From Microbotryum violaceum (lineage: Eukaryota), in assembly GCA_001244265.2 (NCBI GenBank), contig LN717261.1:2619591-2683590 (forward strand): a DNA stretch of 64,000 nucleotides. The letters run 5' to 3'. The position numbers were made by a program, and so were the translations under genes. Shown in pieces: positions 1 through 15,052 of this stretch. Positions within the stretch are counted from its first letter, which is position 1. Each line of letters starts with the position of its first letter. The notes beneath the pieces were generated by a model, which made no database searches, was not told where the DNA came from, and worked only from the letters and a program-made list of their open reading frames with translations.

Positions 1-1919
1 GAAGACGGCGCGAACGCGACCTTTGAACTCGGTCTCCCCAACGTCGTCAAGCGTCATGTCATCACCCGTTTCCCTCCCGAACCTTCGGGATACCTCCACA
101 TCGGTCATGCCAAGGCCGCTATCCTGAACCAATACTTTGCGCGCATGTACGAAGGTCGTTTCCTCATCCGGTTCGACGACACGAACCCGAGTAAAGAAAA
201 GGCCGAATTTGAAGAGTCCATCATTGAGGATCTGGCCCTCTTGGGCGTCAAGGCCGATGCGACGAGTTATACGTCCGATTACTTTGATGTGCTGCAGAGG
301 TACTGCGTGCAAATCATCAAGCAAGGCAATGCGTATGCCGATGATACCGAGCAGGAAAAGGTGCGTTCAGGCGGGAGCTTGTTCAAGTAGGATATACAAG
401 TTCGGACCCTGATCCTACAGTCGTCGCCAATACCCAAACAGATGCGCGATCAACGCATGAACGGGGTCCCTTCGGAGCGTCGTGACGCCTCGGTCGAGGA
501 CAACCTCGCCCATTTCGCCGAGATGGCGACCGGGTCCGAGGAAGGTCGTCGGTGGTGCATCCGCGCCAAGATCTCGGTCGACGATCCCAACAAGGCGATG
601 CGTGATCCGGTCATCTATCGCTGCAACCTCCTTCCCATCATCGAACGGGGACAAAGTACAAGATGTACCCTACCTATGATTTCTGTTGCCCCATCGTCGA
701 TTCGTTGGAAGGTGTTACCCATGCTTTGAGGACGAACGAGTATAGGGATCGTAACCCTCAATACCAATGGATGTTGACCACCCTCGGATTGCGTCGCGTC
801 GAGGTATGGGATTTCGGTCGTCTCGCCTTCGTCTACACCTTGTTGTCCAAGCGAAAGCTCAAGTGGTTCGTCGAGGAAGGTCACGTACGAGGATGGGACG
901 ATCCTCGGTTCGCTACCGTTAGGGGTATCAGGCGAAGGGGGATGACGATCGAGGCCTTGACGCAATTCATGTTGATGCAAGGTCCGAGTCAGGCCTTTAC
1001 GAATTTGGAGTGGGACGTGTTTTGGTCATTGAACAAAAAGGTCATCGATCCTATTGCACCGAGGTTCACGGCGTTGAAGAAGAAGGATTTGTGCGTCGAT
1101 CCTCAAGCGGATCGTCCTGTGAGATGATAATTTGGCTGACGGATACTTGGTTTGGGTCTTCGTCGTCCGATAGGGTCAAAGTCAAGATCATTGGGGGTGA
1201 AGGGTTGCCCACGAAGGGGCCGGAATCCAAGTCGATGCCTAAACACAAGAAGAATGCCGAAGTAGGCGAAAAGACGACTTGGTTCGATTCAACGATCTAC
1301 GTCGAACAAATCGATGCTATCACCTTTGCCCAAGATGAGGAAATAACTCTGATGGATTGGGGGAACGCGTTCGTTCGTTCGATTGAACGTGCCGGTGGAG
1401 CGCCGGAGGGGAAGGTCGAAACTATCGAGATGGAGTTGAACCTTTCCGGCGATTTCAAAAAAACGAAGAAGAAGATCACTTGGTTGGCATCACCTTCCTC
1501 CAACGACGGTTTGCAAGCGTTGACCAAAGTGACTCTGTTGGATTATGACTACCTCATCTTCAAGAAGAAGATGGAAGAGGACGACAAGTTCGAGGATTGG
1601 TTGACCCCCCAAACCGAATTCAGGACCGAGGCGTTCGCGGATGTCAATGTCGCTGGATTGGAGAAGGGGACTATTATTCAGTTCGAGAGGAAGGGGTTCT
1701 ATATTGTTGACAAGGCGGCCAAGGACGGCGGGGAGGAAGGGGCGGAGTTGATTCTGATTCCGGATGGCAAAGTGTCGACTGTGGTGAGTAAGCACGAGGC
1801 GACGTTGAATGCGGCTGCGGCTGCTTCAAAGCCCAGGGGTGGGGAGGACAAGGCGGGAAAGGCGAAGAAGGAGGACAAGAAGGCCAAGGGAGGGGAGAAG
1901 AAGCAAAAAAAGGTTGAGG

Positions 1920-1952
<33 letters not shown>

Positions 1953-2222
1953 GGTGTTTACCTGATCTGGCACCGGAGGAGCCCAAGGAGAGCATCTTGC
2001 TTTCGGATGGCAAGGAGGGGTTCGAGCAGAAGGTATTTACCAAGATGTTCAAGGTTCCTTCCGTTTGTGAGTCCTGGTCCTAACTTTCCTTTGCGCGTGG
2101 AGGGAACTAGATCAGAATGGCTGACGGATTGCTTTCTCGGCGTCTGCCTAGATGGAGAGGACGGCGTCGATGCCCCGGCAACGACCAAGATGTTTGCGGT
2201 CAAACCGGTTTACCAGCAGTAG
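1..2222 (+). CDS. GUS1: Cytosolic glutamyl-tRNA synthetase, 5'-partial, spliced (introns about 361-441, 1091-1173, 2067-2151)
   Basis: [17 protein letters not shown] (HIGH motif), [38 protein letters not shown] and [16 protein letters not shown] introns. An apparent 1-nt loss at about 634-636 breaks the frame (see findings). Confidence 0.95.
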
Positions 2223-2590
2223 ATCCTCGACGTTGAATTTTTTGCTAATGAAACCAGAGAAAGAGAATGATCCTGTCCCGAGTTTTGTCACTACCGGGTC
2301 GGAGAAAGTTGAAAGAAATCGGCGCCTAGTGATTGCCGACGGTGCCTGAGATCGACATCGAGAGCTACTTTTGGTGCTTGACGGATCTTCACATTTTGTT
2401 TTGAAGAGCCGATGCGTAATCAGAACTACTTAGGTAGGTACGGATCGGAAGACTTTCGGGAAGCTGGAAATGCCCGCGACCACGAGCGCACGCCGGCGCC
2501 AAGTGGGTTACTGCACCCAAGTCGAATCCCGCTGGGTTGCCCTCCTTCGCCGAGACGACCTTCGACGGGGCTCCCTGCCCACCCGCCTCG

Positions 2591-5500
2591 ATGTCGTACG
2601 CTGGGTGTCGTGGTGAAGGCCCACCCTACATCCCACCTGTGATCGTCCCCCACCTTCGTCGTCGTCGCCCTGGCACTCGCACTCGCACTCTCATCCGGGC
2701 ACGTTCCCTCCTCCGTCGTCTCTCTCCGCCAACGGCGGCGCAGGCCGTTCCGGCTTCGCATCGTCCTCGACCTCGACCTCGACCTCGACCTCGGGAGTTG
2801 CTGAAGCACTGATTCCTCGGCCTCGGCCGCATGTGCTGGACCAATACCGACTCCCATCCCTGGCAGCGACGTTCTCAGCCGCCTCGGCCGCCGCAACTGC
2901 AGCCTCGGGAACAGGTTCCTCGTCGCATCACTCTTCGCCTTCGTCGTTGCGCTCGCCTTATTCCCGACCGTCAGCGCTGTCAGCCTCAGCCGCGGCGGCG
3001 TCGTCTCGTTCGAGTCCACCGACGACGACGCGCTCGACTTGCTCTCACCCCGGCCGCGCGCTTTCGTCCTCTCTGGCTCAATCTTGTTCGTCTAGGTCCG
3101 GTTCGATGTCCACTTCAGCGAGCAATCAACCGACGACCCCTGGTTGGGGTGTGACCCCTTCGAGTTCGACTTTCACTTCGGGTAATCAGGCGGGTGGCCA
3201 AGGCAGTGGAGGTCAGAAACCCGAGTCGTCGATCGACCGAGAGGACGATCACGATCACGATCACGATCACGATCACGATCACGATCACGATCACCATCAC
3301 GATCACCATCACCATCACGATCACGATCACCACCCTATCTCAGGCGGAGTCGAGGCTGGCGAAGGGAGTGACGATCAAGGTACCGGGGTCGGTTCAGGGG
3401 ACGAAGGGAGTCGGAAAGCGGAGAGAAGAGGATCAGAGTTCAAGAGGGAGGGGTCGTTGAGGTTTTCGAGAAAGAAGAAGAGGGCGAGGGTCGTGCTTAG
3501 TTGTGAGTCCGCAACGGGGGTGACCCGAATGCGATACGATCGATCAAGTGACCTGATGTCCCCGGATGAGTCGTGTTATATAGGCACCATGTGTGTTCGT
3601 CGCAAGGTCAGCACTGCTTGTCCTCCGAGACTGGCTCCGTAGACACGTTTGAGCTCAAGCCTGACCCCCTGACCCCCCCCCCCTGACCCGCCCCTCACCG
3701 GCGCTTTTCCCGCTCTTCTCTCCCAAAAATAGACCAAATGCGACAAGGTCGTACCCTGCAGCGCTTGCGTAAGACGAGGAAGTCCAAACGATTGCGTCGT
3801 CGAAGGAGTCGACGAAGTAGCCCCGTAGGTCTCCAGAGTGGTGTAGAGCGACTCCCGACTCCGGCGTGGAGCTGACGGGAGCCCGAACCCGTTCGCTGCC
3901 CAGTCAACCATTCGCCCTCAACGAAGAGCTCGTCGCGCTCCGGAGTCGAGTCAACACACTTGAAGGACTCGTCAACTCCTTACTGACCGCATCGAGGACC
4001 TCACCAGCGACACAGCCCATCTCTTCACCGAGCTACATTACCGCCTCGACCTCGACTCCGACCTCGCACCTCCTGCCGCACAAGGCTGAGAACGACGAGG
4101 CCCACGTCGCCGAAGCGTTGCAGAGACTGAGCGAAGGTGTCACTAACGATGCGCGATCACCGAATGCGATAGCCGCGAGAGTGAATCCGAGCTCGAATCA
4201 TTTCCGATCGAGTGGATCGCCCGAGCTCGATCATATCTTATCCCTGATCCCCGAACGCGCCATATGCGACCTCTTGCTCGAATCCTACCTCCTCCGCGTC
4301 GACTGGCAACTGCACATCCTCCATATCCCGACGCTCAAACACGACTATCGCACCATGTGGGACAAGTTGCGATCACCGGCGCCCGCGACGGGACCCGAAT
4401 CGCTCGAGGCTTGGGTTCCACCGAGGTTGGGCACGTTCTTCATGGTCCTTGCGTTGGGCATGTATTTCATCCCTCCGGAATTGTCGCCCTATTCGGCCGT
4501 CGAGGCAGCGGCGATGCCTTCCAAGTGGTTGGATGCGGCAGAAAAGGCTCTCGGTCTCGCGGATTGGTCCGGTCGACCCCAACTAAGGACGGTGCAGACC
4601 ATCCTGCTAATGGGACAGTTCTGGCACCACTTGGGCGAGATCGATCGTTTCGTCATTTGGATCGGAGCGGGCGTTCGAGTCGCGCAATCTTTAGGTCTGC
4701 ACAATGCCGAACAAACGGGTATCCTCCATCTCCCATACGACGACTTCCCCATCAAGACTTATGCGCGCGACTTTTTCTGTCGCGAGATGGGCAAAAGATC
4801 TTGGTGGAGTCTCTGCGCGGATGATTGGGACGTTTCGTATAGGACGAGGAACGTGTCGGTGTTGAGGACGCAGGACTTCTCGACGCCTTCACCGTTCAAT
4901 TTGACGGATGATGATTTGATGGACGGGCCGGTGCCGTCGAGGAATTTGACGCAGCCGACGAGTGTGACGTTTCAGATTTGTTTTTCGGTGAGTTTTTTCC
5001 GTGGAAGAAGCAGATTGGAGAAGAGGTCGCTGACGAGGGATTTGTGCGCACATAGGACCTGATCTACCTCTCGCAACAATGGCGGCAGCCGCATCGCGAG
5101 ATGGGCAACATTGGCAATCTCAGTATCGAGACCGTCATTTCACTCGACGAGATCGTACGAGGCATGTCGGTACGGTTCCCTTTCTACCTGCAGTTGGAGA
5201 AAAAGGACGACCCGGCCGTCAAGGCGCTCGAACAAGCGCACCCGTTGGTCGCGATTCAGAGGTTGCACCTTGCGAAGGAACTGCATTGTCGAGTGAGTTG
5301 CGTGCGATTGTTGATGGATCAGAGATGCGGCTGATCTTTGCAAGTTCGACCTCACAGTATGTCAGGTTGCATCGTCGAGCCTTGTTCGGCGACGACCTCG
5401 GCACGGCCCAAGCGCGGGTCTCTCGTTCGACGCTACGCAGTTCGGCGAGCACGTTGCTTTCGATCGTGGCCGAGTTCCGCGCCAAGACGGATTATGCGCA

Positions 5501-6030
5501 CAAGTTGTGGTGGGTCAACTCGTACATGACCCTCGCGGCGGTGGCGTTGTTGTTCAGCAACATCCAACTTCTCATTTCTTCACCCACACCCGTGGCTTCG
5601 TCCGTACTCAACGATGCTGCTTCGAAACGTCACGAGGTTCTGACGACGCTCACTCTGACGCGAGGGACCCCACCTCTAAGTCCTCATACGGTACAAGGTC
5701 TCCGTATCATCGACCTTCTGCTCCAAGAAGAGAACGTCATCGTCGCCAACGCCAAACGCGCCACAGTAGGCGGTCGTCAATTATCCGAACGCGACGCCGA
5801 ACGCTACTACGCCGCGATGGACGTCGTTGCTAAAGCGACGATGTGCGTCGCGGAGAGGGAGACGTTGAGGTTGAAGGATTTGGCGGACCATTGGAACGAT
5901 TTCGAACCGAGACCGCAGAGCGTGCTGCAGCAGCAACAAAAGATCGCGGCGCAGGGGGGCCAGCAACAGCAGGTTGGACAGTTGATTCCGCCGTCGGGGA
6001 TACAACAGCAGCAGCATCAGCTGCAGCAGC

Positions 6031-6094
<64 letters not shown>

Positions 6095-6548
6095 GGCGAC
6101 AGCGACGGCTACACAAAATGCCACGAGCCATGTGGGAGGAGGAGGAGGTGCCCCGATGCTCGTCGTGCCTTCCCCGCATGGAGGAGGAGGAGCAAACTAC
6201 TCCACTCGATCGAACAACGGCGGTTCCATGTCGGGGATGCAAACACCCAACGATGGAGCCATGGCTCAACAGCACCATCAGCAACAACCCCAAGCAGCGA
6301 ACTACCACCTCTCCTCCTCTTCGACGAGTCTGGACTTTTCGAACCCGCAAGCATGGGGCACCACAGCAGCAAGTGGCGGACCTCAAGGTTACGCGAATAC
6401 GCCGGCTGGAGTGGGACTCGCTTCTACGGGGAGTACAGGTGCGGGTGCGGCTGCGGGTGGACTGGGCGGTTTGCAGGCTTTCCAGTTCCCCTATGATCCG
6501 TTTTGGACTCAGGATGATGGCTGGGACGATTTCTCGCGGTTGGTTTGA
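2591..6548 (+). CDS. Zn(II)2Cys6 fungal transcription factor with Fungal_trans-like middle region, multi-exon, start uncertain
   Basis: Splicing 3503-3583 and 3608-3732 rebuilds RKKKRARVVLSCTMCVRRKTKCDKVVPCSACVRRGSPNDC. It is followed by ILHIPT and KRSWWSLCADD motifs, polyQ, and an acidic/aromatic C-terminus. The ATG at 2591 needs a 1-nt correction in the C run at 2647-2651. Confidence 0.88.
3247..3333 (+). repeat. (GATCAC)n microsatellite encoding an Asp-His tract
   Basis: Direct reading; lies in the coding frame of the transcription factor. Confidence 0.9.
6029..6094 (+). repeat. (CAA)n microsatellite encoding polyglutamine
   Basis: Direct reading; lies in the last exon of the transcription factor. 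Confidence 0.9.
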
Positions 6549-7323
6549 GTAGAAGGAAAGGAGGTTGAAGGAGGTTGTTTGTACTGTAGCGTTGTTTTCC
6601 ATTTGTTGTGTTGTTCTGGATAAGGAAAGGGGAGGAGGGAGTATAATATATGGTATCGTTGCAACTGTTGTCGATTCTGATCATGCTGCGGGTTCCTTTC
6701 AGAGGATGGTGGACGGAAAGAACACAATCAGAGTCTTGTCGGGGGCGAAGTGGGGGAGGGGGGCGTTGGCTGCCCGGCTGCGAGCGCGCCAAGTTGGCTC
6801 TTGTTTGAGCTCCCTACCAGCACTCGGAAACGACGTCAAGGCGAAAGAAACGAGAGTCCTTTTATACTTCGTCGCACGTTTTGACCGTGGAGTGCGACTG
6901 ATCGGCATTCGTTCGTGCCAAGCCCGACTCGGGGGCGCTCGGGCTGACCGGTCGACGTCACTGTGCACCTCGGAGGGCAGTGGGACTAGGTTCGAACTAC
7001 CACGAGGACAGAGTCAAGAGGTACGAGAACCACGCTTGGAAAGTTGGTGAGTGGTCTCAAGAGACGGTCTGGTCACTGGAAGCGTCGGCGAGACGGTGAC
7101 TGTGCGATCGGCTCTACGCGAGCAGGCGGAAGATCGCCGGCCTTGGGCGGGGTGAGGCAGGATCGACGATGAGAAAGTAGCACAAAATGAACTATGCCTG
7201 GTGATGGGGGTGTCGCGCTTTCCACCTAGCGCCGTGAAAGACAATGTCAACTAAGCCCCGCCTCCCTTCGCTCGCAGACACCCCGAGGCCGAGGAATCTT
7301 CCTCTGGAAATTTGACACCAACC

Positions 7324-9684
7324 ATGTCCTGCCTAGCTCGAGTACGCTCCAAATTCACCTCCCGTCACTACCGCACAACATCCGAAACCTCCCGCCTGCG
7401 CACCTCCTTCATCCGTCGGGAAAAGATTCTCACCCAGGCCCGAGCCTTGATCCCGTTCCTCCAAGCTGGACTCATCATCGTCGGCTTCTTGTACTTCTTT
7501 GCCATTCCGACGCAATGCTTGGGGAGAGGGCATTATATCAGTGAGAATGCCTTGCAGCCTGGTCAGGTGCGTTCGATCGTGCGTTTGGGCTCGGGGCCGG
7601 AAGAGGAGAAGATGCTGAGAAGGACTTTCTCGCGTCACTGCTTGGGACGTCAGGTCAATACGTATTGGAATTGGGCCGACGTGCACATCGCGGACCAGTA
7701 TGCCGAGCAGGTCGAGGCGTGGAGCGCGTTGCCTTTGCAGCAGTAGGTCCCACCTGATACGCGGGATTGGCTAGAGGGGGATCAAGCTGATCGAAGATTC
7801 GTCGACTTTGGTTCGGCCAGACGAACGCAGGAGCTGAAGAAGGCGTTCCAAAAGTTGGGCTATGCGACGGCGACGCAGGACTATCTGTTTGAATTAGGAT
7901 CGGGGAATAGTGTACGTCTTGGGGTGGTTTGATCGTCAAACTGCTAACGATCGAAAGACTGACTGCGCATGATCGGGACCTATAGACCCTGCAAGGCACG
8001 AACGTCTACTCGATCCTCCAAGCTCCAAAAACGGACGGCGCCGAGTCGCTGGTCCTTGGGGCTTCGTGGTTATCTAGGGCTCTGCACCAGGACACCAAGG
8101 AAAAGAGGGTGAATGTTCGAGGCGTTGCGAGTGTTCTGGCTTTGGCCAACTTCCTCAAGAGTGAGTTTGCACGTGAACGATGGAATCATAGCCGGCCAAC
8201 TGAATTGGGTTCGGCGCAGAGTATTCAACGTGGTCCAAGGACATCATCTTCCTCGTCTCGGACGACTACGTCGCCGGAGCTCAAGCCTGGATTGACGAAT
8301 ACCACGGCAACCAACAGAGCAATATCCGAGCCGAACCTCTTTCGCTTACGACGGGACCGATCTGGGCTGCTCTGAACCTAGACTACCCGTACCACTCCTT
8401 TTCGCACCTCGGCCTCTTCTACGAAGGCGTCAATGGCCATCTCGCGAACCTCGATTTCCTTAATTCGGCATCACACATCACCAAAGGAATGCGCGTACCA
8501 CCCGTCTTGCATGCTGATGTCGAGCTCGCGGATTTAATGCCTTCGATTTTCTACGATACACCATTGAGCTTCTTGGACAACCATGCCGTGAGGACGTATA
8601 CGCGGGCAGCCAAGACGGTGTTGCATCAGGTCGCGTTGACCGCTTCGGGGAAGGCACAAGGGCCCGAAGCGGTGTTTGGCAAGTACCGCATTGATGCGTT
8701 GGCGATGTTTGGTGTTCCTGCGGAAGGGCCGTACGGGTTCCATGTACTCGGTCGGTGCGTCGTTCGATCCTCAGCATGGCTGTACTGGGAAGAGACCTGT
8801 GCTGACGTTGTGATCGTCATCGATGGACACAGTATCGTGGAATCGACGTTCCGCTCGCTCAACAACCTCCTCGAGCGCTTCCACCAATCCTTCTTCCTCT
8901 ACCTCATAACCTCGGTCGACACATTCGTCGCGATAGGGAACTACCTCGCTGCTCCGGTGTTGGTCTGTGCGGGTATGACGATTATGGGGTTGAATGTGTG
9001 GGAACAGGCGGGGGTTTCGGTCAAGGGGGAGAGGAGGGAGAGGAGGGAGAGGAGGGAGAGGAGGGAGAGGTTCGTGGGGAGGCCGATCGCGATCATTGGA
9101 TTGACGCATGCGATTGGGTTTGGGCTGTTTTCGTATGTCAGTGGGTTAGATCCGATGGGGGATCTTTCGGTGAGTTGGGAGTGATGCGTGAGTCGTTCGA
9201 GGGTCAAAGGCTCATGTCGAATTTGTCCCAGTCCCGCCTCCCACCTACGCTCGTCTTTATCCTCCTCTTTGCCCCCCTCGTCCTTTCGACCGTCTTCAAA
9301 TCACGTCGCCGAAAAGGTCGAGCTCCTTCATCGATGGTGCTCGCCTCGCTCTCGTTGATCCTCGGTGGGATGACGATCGGCGTCGTCGCGTGCCTCAACT
9401 TTGGCGCGTCCGTGCTCCTATCGTTCTCCCTCTGTCCTGCCTTGACGCTGGTCAAACCGCGGCGACATGCTCTCTCCGAACGAATCCAACAATTTCTCGT
9501 GCTCGTTTTTTCACCTCCCGTAACATGGGCATTAGTAAGAGCATGGAAGAGGGAAGCAGCGGATGCTTGGGCGAGGGGGTTGTTGCTCGATTGGCAGATG
9601 ATGGGGACGTGGTCAATGCCTTTTACCTTTGTCGTGGTGGTGCCTTTGGTGCTGCAGGCGGGTACGGTGGGTTTACTGGAATAA
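7324..9684 (+). CDS. GAA1: GPI transamidase subunit Gaa1, multi-exon
   Basis: YISENALQPGQ, APKTDGAESLVLGASW, WSKDIIFL, ESTFRSLNNLLERFHQSFFLY and a multi-transmembrane C-terminus. Confidence 0.92.
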
Positions 9685-10130
9685 ATAAACTAGAAGAGCC
9701 TGGCTGTTGTTTACTAGAGTGAGACGCCTCTGTTCTGCTTTATCTGGATTGCTTCTCGAAATCTCTGGAGCGCGCCGAGGAGTTTCCAGGTCTGTGGAAG
9801 CAGCACCGCGTGCAGCCGTGCTCCGAGAATGATAGACAGGATCAAACAGTCATAGTTCAAGTCTAGAACCTCGGGTCAGTGAGCTGACGAAAGCCAAGGC
9901 AGGGAAGTTCTAGGCGCGCGCAAGTTATCCAACAAGTCCACAGATCTATATCGCCTTCTATAATCGGTCACCTCGGGCAAAAGCCTCAGGCCTCAGGCCT
10001 TGCAGTCTGCTCCTCTCTCTCTCGACCTCTTCCACGTGTGGCGCTCTCGCAGCCGGGGCCGTAATCGCCCAACACAAAGTACTTGTCCTACCTCTACCTC
10101 CCGCACGTGGCCCTATTCTGCGCGCACCCC

Positions 10131-12459
10131 ATGACTCTAGGCCAACGCCTCGACTATTACCTTTCCCAAGTCCCGCCTGCGCCCACAGCGCTGCATCACC
10201 AATGGCCCTCGTGGCGAGGTGACCGATCGGATTGGACGATGCTGGCGTCGATCTTGGTGCCGGCTTTGGCGGGCTGGGTTTATCTGAAGCTTATCCATGT
10301 ACGTTGGGACGAGAGGGCGAGTGAATTCGAGTGGCTCGTACCCGCGGAGGCTTTGTGAGTTGGCTTCTTCCCCAAGCAGGGTGGTGATGAATTTTAGCTG
10401 CTGGGCCGGCTCTGAAACGGTTTTCACACTCGTCGTTGGGATGGATAGGCCATCCTGGAAGCCAGCAAAGGTCTTGTCATCCGCCTCGATCGATTCGCAT
10501 CAATCGGACCCTTCCCTAGTCCCAACAACGGAGCACACGTCCCAAGAGCGTACCTACATCACCTGCTACGCCCCCGCGTCCGGAGCGCACCTCTCGACCG
10601 TCCCTTCAACGACCGCAGCCGAAATCGACGAAGCGATCCTCAAAGCCGAAAACACGCAAAGAGAATGGCGCACCAGCTCGTGGAGTCGAAGGAGGAGGCT
10701 GATGAGGACCTTGTTGAGGTGGTGTACGGTCGAGATGGAAGGGATCGCTAGAGTCGCCAGTAGGGATACGGGCAAGACTCGTACGTTTTACCCTCCCAGA
10801 AGTTTCATCGTCCCCGTACTTGTGCTGATCATTCGTTCTGGGCGGTTCTGGGCGTGCCTACAGTTGTGGATGCAGCTTTTGGGGAGATCTTGACCACGTG
10901 CGAAAAGTTGCGATGGGTTATTGCGAATGGGGAGGACTGCTTGAGGCCGGAACCGAGGCCGTCAGTTTTGCGGGGTTAGAGAGCCGCAAAAGGCGTGGGC
11001 AAGACAGCTGATGACAGCTTTTTTCACAGTACAAACGTGGTCTTGGCACACAAAGTGTCCAAGGTGCATTACGAGCCGTTGGGCGTCGTGGCCGCGATCG
11101 TCAGCTGGAATTATCCGGCGCACAGTCAGTCCAAATTCGCCTTCACCGATCACAAGGAACGGCGCAGCAGGAACTGATCATGTGCGAGTCTCATCCTGCT
11201 CTACAGACGCTCTGTCACCCATCATCGCCTCCCTCTTCACTGGCAACGCGATCGTCGTCAAACCCTCCGAACTCGTCGCCTGGTCCTCGCACCACTTTGT
11301 CCAGGCGGTCCGATCCTGCCTCTCCGCCTGTGGTGAAGACCCCAACCTGGTACAAATCGTCGTTCCCCTCCCCGATACCGTAGAACATCTCACCGCACAC
11401 CCTCGCATCAAACACATCACCTTTATCGGCTCCGAGCAAATCGGTCAAAAAGTCGCCATCAAAGGTGCTGAAGCGGGAACGCCCGTTCTCCTCGAATTGG
11501 GCGGTAAAGACCCTTGCATCATCCTCGACTCGGCCGACCTCAAAGCTTTCGAAAACACGTGGATGCGCGCTGCTTTCCAAGCGGCCGGACAGAATTGTAT
11601 AGGCGCGGAAAGGTTCATCGTGCATGAGAAAGTGTACGATCGGTTCGTCGCTTCGATGGCTTCTCGTGTCGAGGCTTTGAAAGTGGGCGATGTCTTGGCC
11701 AAGGATTTGGATCGGGATCCTACGAATCGCGTCGATGTTGGAGCGATGGTTTCGGATCGTCTGTTTGGTGAATTGGAACGACTCGTCCTTTCGGCCGTTA
11801 AAGATGGAGCGAGATGCATCGTCGGTGGTAAAAGGATCAAGCAGCATCCTACCTCTCCCCAAGGGCATTATTTCCAACCGACCCTGTTGGTCGACGTGAC
11901 GACCGAAATGGAGATCGCGAACCAAGAGGTCTTTGCTCCCGTGATGACGGTGATGAGGTTCAAGGAATTGGACGAGGCGATCGAGTTGGCCAATTCGACG
12001 AGGTATGGATTGGGCGCGAGTGTGTTTGGGAGGAAGCAGAGCGATTGTAGGTACGTCGTTGAGAGGGTCGAGGCGGGGATGGTGTGCACCAATGGTACGT
12101 TCTCTCGGTGGTATGCGTTAATTCCGGATCCCCGGGGCTGAGGAGTTTCTTACGTTGATTGCAAAACAGATTTTGGCGTCTTCTACCTCAACCAAGCCCT
12201 CCCCTTTGGAGGGTGCAAAGCCTCGGGCTACGGTCGATTCGCCGGTAAAGAAGGCCTTCGTGGTCTATGCCATCCCAAAGCCGTGACGGAAGATCGGTTT
12301 CACGGATGGATCCAGACGGGGATCCCTCCTTTACTTGCGTATCCTATCAATTCGGGTCTGGGCGCATGGGGTTTCGTCAGTGGGTTGGTGGGTATGGTGT
12401 ACGCCGATGGGGTGTGGAACAAGCTCAAGGGCTTGGTCGGGCTCGTTTCGGCCAAGTGA
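10131..12459 (+). CDS. MSC7: Aldehyde dehydrogenase family protein, Msc7-like, with N-terminal membrane segment, multi-exon
   Basis: YEPLGVVAAIVSWNYP, VVKPSE, FIGS, LELGGKD, AGQNCIG (catalytic Cys), EVFAPV and LPFGGCKASGYGRFAGKEGLRGL. Confidence 0.85.
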
Positions 12460-12564
12460 AAATAAACAAAAACAGGGGGCGATAATTAGGAACCGAGTCT
12501 TTTGCCTTTCTTTAGGAATTAAATCACAAGTCTAGTAATTCAATGCACAACGCTTCCTCTTAAT

Positions 12565-14024
<1,460 letters not shown>

Positions 14025-15052
14025 GGTACCTCAGAGTTGGCGGTGGTGGGCTGTGTGGGCTGGAAGATAGGAGCTGGGGTGAGTTGAGAGCGAGCAGAAG
14101 GGAGAGGCGGTCAGGCGGGTGAGGACGTACGCTGGGAAAAGGCTTGCTGCTTGCTCCAGATGACGACCCGGACAGTTTCCAAGCGAGCTCCTGAACGAAC
14201 GTTGTTTCTTTTGTCTTGGCGGGGAAGGAAGCTTTATCCAAAGAGGCCTGCGGTGCAACCCAATTGACAGAACGAGAATTGACAGAACGAGGCAACCGTC
14301 ATTTTCGGAACTCGCGCGAGGCGGCGGAGGGTCGCTGCACCGCACTCGGCCGCGGATTAGGTAAGATTGAGTGTTCGTAATCCCACCATTAAGCCCGGGT
14401 CGCGCTCTTTTGGAAACGCGTTTGAGACGTGGCGCTCTGGCTCTCGTTCTTTCCCCCACTTGAGTCTCACATCTGCTGCTCAGAGCTCACCGGTCGCACT
14501 CATACTCAGCAGGACCACCTCGGCAAGCTCAAGTTAGTGATCAAGCACACCGGACACGGCTACGCGTACCGCCTACCATTGGGCCCTCTCGGCTCTCGCG
14601 CAAGGCTCACTCAACCAGCGCGATCTCCCCAAGCCGCGCTCCCGATTCGGATTCGGCGATAGCCCCTGCGAGTCGGCGCACGCTCGCAACCGGCCAAGCT
14701 CCAACTGCCCAATCATTAGCACCGCCAACAGAGCTGAGGTAAGCACATCCTCGCATCTTCCGGGTTGAGCCCGCTGGAACCCGTCAGAGGAGCAGCAATG
14801 CCAGATGCACGACGACGACGAGCCGCTTGGACCTCTTGCTCGCCCGATCGCACTGGAAAGGTTTTCTTTGCGACCGTCAGCGATCAACCCCCTCTCTCGA
14901 CTTCCAAGTGGTGACTACCGTTACCTTTGCAAGAAGCAGAACGAATTATCACCTTAACTGGCTGTGCACAAGACATACTCACTGATACGCCATGAACAAC
15001 AGCCCCTGTCCGTCTCGCGAAGCGTTCACGCTTTCCGCTCTGCCCTGCCACC

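Noticed and set aside
5781-6602. Long antisense ORFs (also 11215-11925, 37089-37918, 56778-57665)
   Set aside because: They are shadows of GC-rich coding sequence or microsatellites on the opposite strand, with no independent motifs.
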